Below are positions 33,496 to 36,487 of a stretch of DNA of 36,487 nucleotides, piece by piece. How positions within the stretch are numbered: the stretch's first letter is position 1; each line of letters opens with the position of its first letter. Below the pieces are notes generated by a model. That model made no database searches, was not told where the DNA came from, and saw nothing but the letters and a program-made list of their open reading frames with translations. The position numbers were made by a program, and so were the translations under genes. This DNA is from Basidiobolus meristosporus CBS 931.73 (lineage: Eukaryota > Fungi > Basidiobolomycota). Where the stretch lies: assembly GCA_002104905.1 (NCBI GenBank), contig MCFE01000784.1:1-36487 (forward strand), given 5' to 3'.

Positions 33496-36487
33496 CTCCC
33501 CCTCAACTAAATAATTTCTTAATCCCAATTTCTCTCTACAGATCTCAAACTGTGGCCTAGCTAGTGGTTTTGTCAATATGTCTGCCACTATTTTGTCAGT
33601 TGGGCAGTAAACCAGCTCTACTAAGTTATTTTCTACAGCTTCCCTCACAAAGTGATGCTGTATATCAATGTGCTTAGTTCTGGCATGATTAGTAGGATTT
33701 CTAGCTAATGAAATACAACTTTGATTATCCTTGTAAATACATGTTGGTTCACCTGAATTAAAACCTAAGTCTTTGAATAATTTTCGTAGCCATATAGCCT
33801 CCTTAGTTGCTTGACATGCAGCCATATATTTGGCTTCAGTTGTAGATAGTGCCACAGTTGGTTGTTTCTTGCAATTCCAAGTAATAGCTGCACCAGCATA
33901 AAGAAATACATAGCCTGTGGTAGAGCGTCTGTCAATCAGATCTCTACCCCAATCTGAATCACTATAACCATCAAATTTTTGCCTATTAGCTGCTCCTGAG
34001 TATTCCTGTATCATATTTATTGTACCTTGTAGATATCTGAAAATCCGCTTAACTGCTGCAATTTGATCTGATCCATAATTCTGCATGAATTGACTGACTA
34101 TTCCAACTGCTACTGCATTATCTAGACGTTTAGACACCATCAAGTACATTAGGCTACCGACCATTGATTGATAGGGAAAGTTTTGGTCCATATTTGAGCC
34201 GTTTTCATCTATAACTGGCTGAGATTTGCTTAATTTCAGGTTATTGTCCATAGGGGTTGCTGCAGGCTTGCAATTTTCCATTTTGAAGCGTCTAAGAATG
34301 TCCCTGATGTACTTAGACTGATTCAGCACAATTCTCTGCGTAGGTATGTCAAATTTGACCTCAATTCCAAGAAAATAGCTCAATTTTCCAAGATCTTTCA
34401 TCTCAAACTTGCTGAAGAGATCTGATTTCGTCTGTTTAAGTGCCTCTTGATCACTTGTAGCTATAATTAGGCCGTCCACATAGAGAACTAGGATGATAAC
34501 ACCCTTTTTGAGCTGTTTCACATATATGCTGTGATCTGCAGTGCTACAAGAGAACCCAATTTCCTCTAGATATGTGTCAATCTTGTTATACCATGCTCTG
34601 GGTGCCTGCTTAAGCCCATACAACAATTTTCTAAGTTTGCACACCTTATGGGGGCTTTTTGGATCGGTAAAACCTTCTGGTTGCTCCATATATATAGTTT
34701 CTTGCAAATCCCCATTTAGAAAGGCTGTTTTGACGTCCATTTGGTGTAGATCTAGACTGTGTACAGCTGCCAGGGCTAGAACTGTCCTAATAGAGTTAAA
34801 CTTGGCAACCGGAGCAAATGTTTCCTTAAAGTCTAGTCCCTAGGTCTGGGAATAGCCTTTAGCTACCAATCTAGCCTTGTACTTTTCAACGGCACCATTT
34901 GAGGTTATCTTGATCTTGTAGACCCATCTACATCCTATTGGCTTTCTCCCATTTGGTAAATCTACCAGTTCCCACGTTTTTGCCTTGATCAGTGATTGGT
35001 ACTCCTCCTGCATGGCTTGTTGCCACTTAGTAGCATCTGGACCTTGCATTGCCTGTTCCAGATTCTGAGGTTCAGCACATAAGGCAAGATAAGCTTCTTC
35101 ATGATCATTGGATGTCTGCCACCAGGATCCAGGGGCATTTCTTATTCTGGTAGATCTCCTAACTGGGATAATCTGTTCTGATCTGGAACTGGTAGAGGTA
35201 TCTTCCATCTCTGGCTGGATTTGGTACGTATCTTCTTCATTTGTGTTGATTTCATCATCAGGCAGCTGGCCAATGATTTCTGTGGCTTTCTGATCTGAAT
35301 TCTCCTCAAATACAACGTCCCTGCTCTTGATCAGCTTCTGAATTTTGCCATCATACACTCTATACCCTTTAGTATCTTCACAATACCCAAGAAAGATCCC
35401 TTTTTTACTCTTTGGTTCCAACTTTGAGCGTTTTTTGTCAGGGATGTGATAAAAAACATCACTGCCAAAGATCCTGAGGTGCTGGAGATCTGGTTTTTTG
35501 CCTGTATATGCTTCAAAGGGTGTAGAATTACGTAGTGCTGTTGTTGGGCATCTGTTCTTGATGTATACAGCAGTAGCAACAGATTCAGCCCAAAACTTGT
35601 AGTCCATTCCCTTATCATGTAGCATAGATCTTCCCATCTCTACTATTGTTCCATTTGCACATTCTGCTACTCCATTTTGCTGTGGAGTATGAGGAACTGT
35701 GGTCTGTTGAAGTATACCAGTAGACAAGCAGTATTTTGCAAACTCCTTTGAGCAGTATTCTCCTCCATTGTCACTTCGTAGTACCTTCAATTAACACCCA
35801 GCTTGTGTTTCTGCCATGTTCTTGAAGTGCTTAAACGTCTCTAAAGCTTCATCCTTTGTTTTGAGGAAGTACACCCATGTATATCTTGTCTTGTCATCAA
35901 TAAACATCATAAAGTATCTCTTGGCTCCAAAGGACAGTGTTCTCATGGGGCCACATATGTCTGAGTGTACAATAGCCAATATTTTGGTGGTATTAATGCC
36001 TTCTGAGCTCTTGAAACGTTGCCTAGCTTGTTTGCCATATGAACATCCCTTACAAACATTCAATTTGATTGGAATTGAGTATTTTAGGCCCAAAACAAGC
36101 TGATTTTTCACCAATTGGCTCATTTTCTGTTCCCCTATGTGTCCTAGCCTCCTATGCTATGTCTCCCAGTTGGTTTCATCAGTTTCAGCAATGTTGACAT
36201 ACTCAGGTACAATGATCTTGCATTGTAACTTGTATATATTGTGATCTCTGATTCCCAAAGCTAATTTTTGTCCATTTTCACTCAATATTGAGCAGCTCAG
36301 CTTAGTAAAAACAAATTTCAGTCCCTGAGTAGTTGCTTTACTGACTGAGAGTAGGTTCTTAGCTATTCCAGGTACATAGAGTAGCTCAGTCAGTTTTGCT
36401 GTTGTTGCCCTGAGTTATCACTCATATTTAGTTGTATAGACCCACTAGCGGTAGCTTCCAATGCAGATTATCTCCCAGATAAACCTT
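33490..36487 (-). pseudogene. pol: Young copia pol (PR, GAG-pre-INT, INT, RT, RNaseH), nearly intact, runs off the window
   Basis: Long ORFs 33490-34740, 34840-35790 and 35791-36123; HRRLGH, VHSDICGP, LRSDNGGEY, QMDVKTAFLNG, LYVDGLII; three in-frame stops and PR-region frameshifts. Confidence 0.96.

Noticed and set aside
34541-36103. Plus-strand ORFs 34541-34843, 35108-35293 and 35816-36103
   Set aside because: Antisense shadows of the copia pol
1-36487. Classical strong Neurospora-type RIP
   Set aside because: CpA/TpG dinucleotides remain abundant and CpG loss dominates; only a subtle CpA bias is proposed
1-36487. CRISPR array, tRNA/rRNA genes, prokaryotic operon
   Set aside because: No regular repeat-spacer array, cloverleaf or rRNA signature seen; the content is eukaryotic TEs

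Overview
Eukaryotic, AT-rich, strongly CpG-depleted DNA, probably fungal (inferred from the TE families; not provable here). It is a nested transposable-element graveyard, and I found no credible host gene, RNA gene or CRISPR array. 1.4-14.2 kb is a Russian-doll stack. An old Ty1/copia element is interrupted by a complete same-family copia (1957-10790, TSD GGATG). That inner copia is interrupted by a chromodomain Ty3/gypsy (3310-7690) and an antisense solo LTR. 15-28 kb holds a DDE_Tnp_4 (Harbinger/ISL2EU-like) transposase pseudogene, a CACTA/EnSpm (Transposase_21) pseudogene, several copies of an orphan ORF family and a 720-bp foldback element. 28.8-36.5 kb holds gypsy RT/gag fragments, head-to-head long LTRs, and the youngest, nearly intact copia pol, which runs off the window. 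The most interesting signals are five. (1) An 11-nt Tf1-like self-priming PBS in the gypsy. (2) A foldback MITE sharing termini and a GATAGTGCC motif with the DDE_Tnp_4 element. (3) An orphan ORF divergently paired with the CACTA transposase and carrying a copy-number-variable 68-69-codon repeat. (4) An apparent CpA-context C>T bias on top of CpG decay. (5) Two PPT+LTR ends that seem to lack INT/RT/RNaseH upstream. All alignments were done by eye, so boundaries not anchored on TG..CA, TSD or PPT are approximate.
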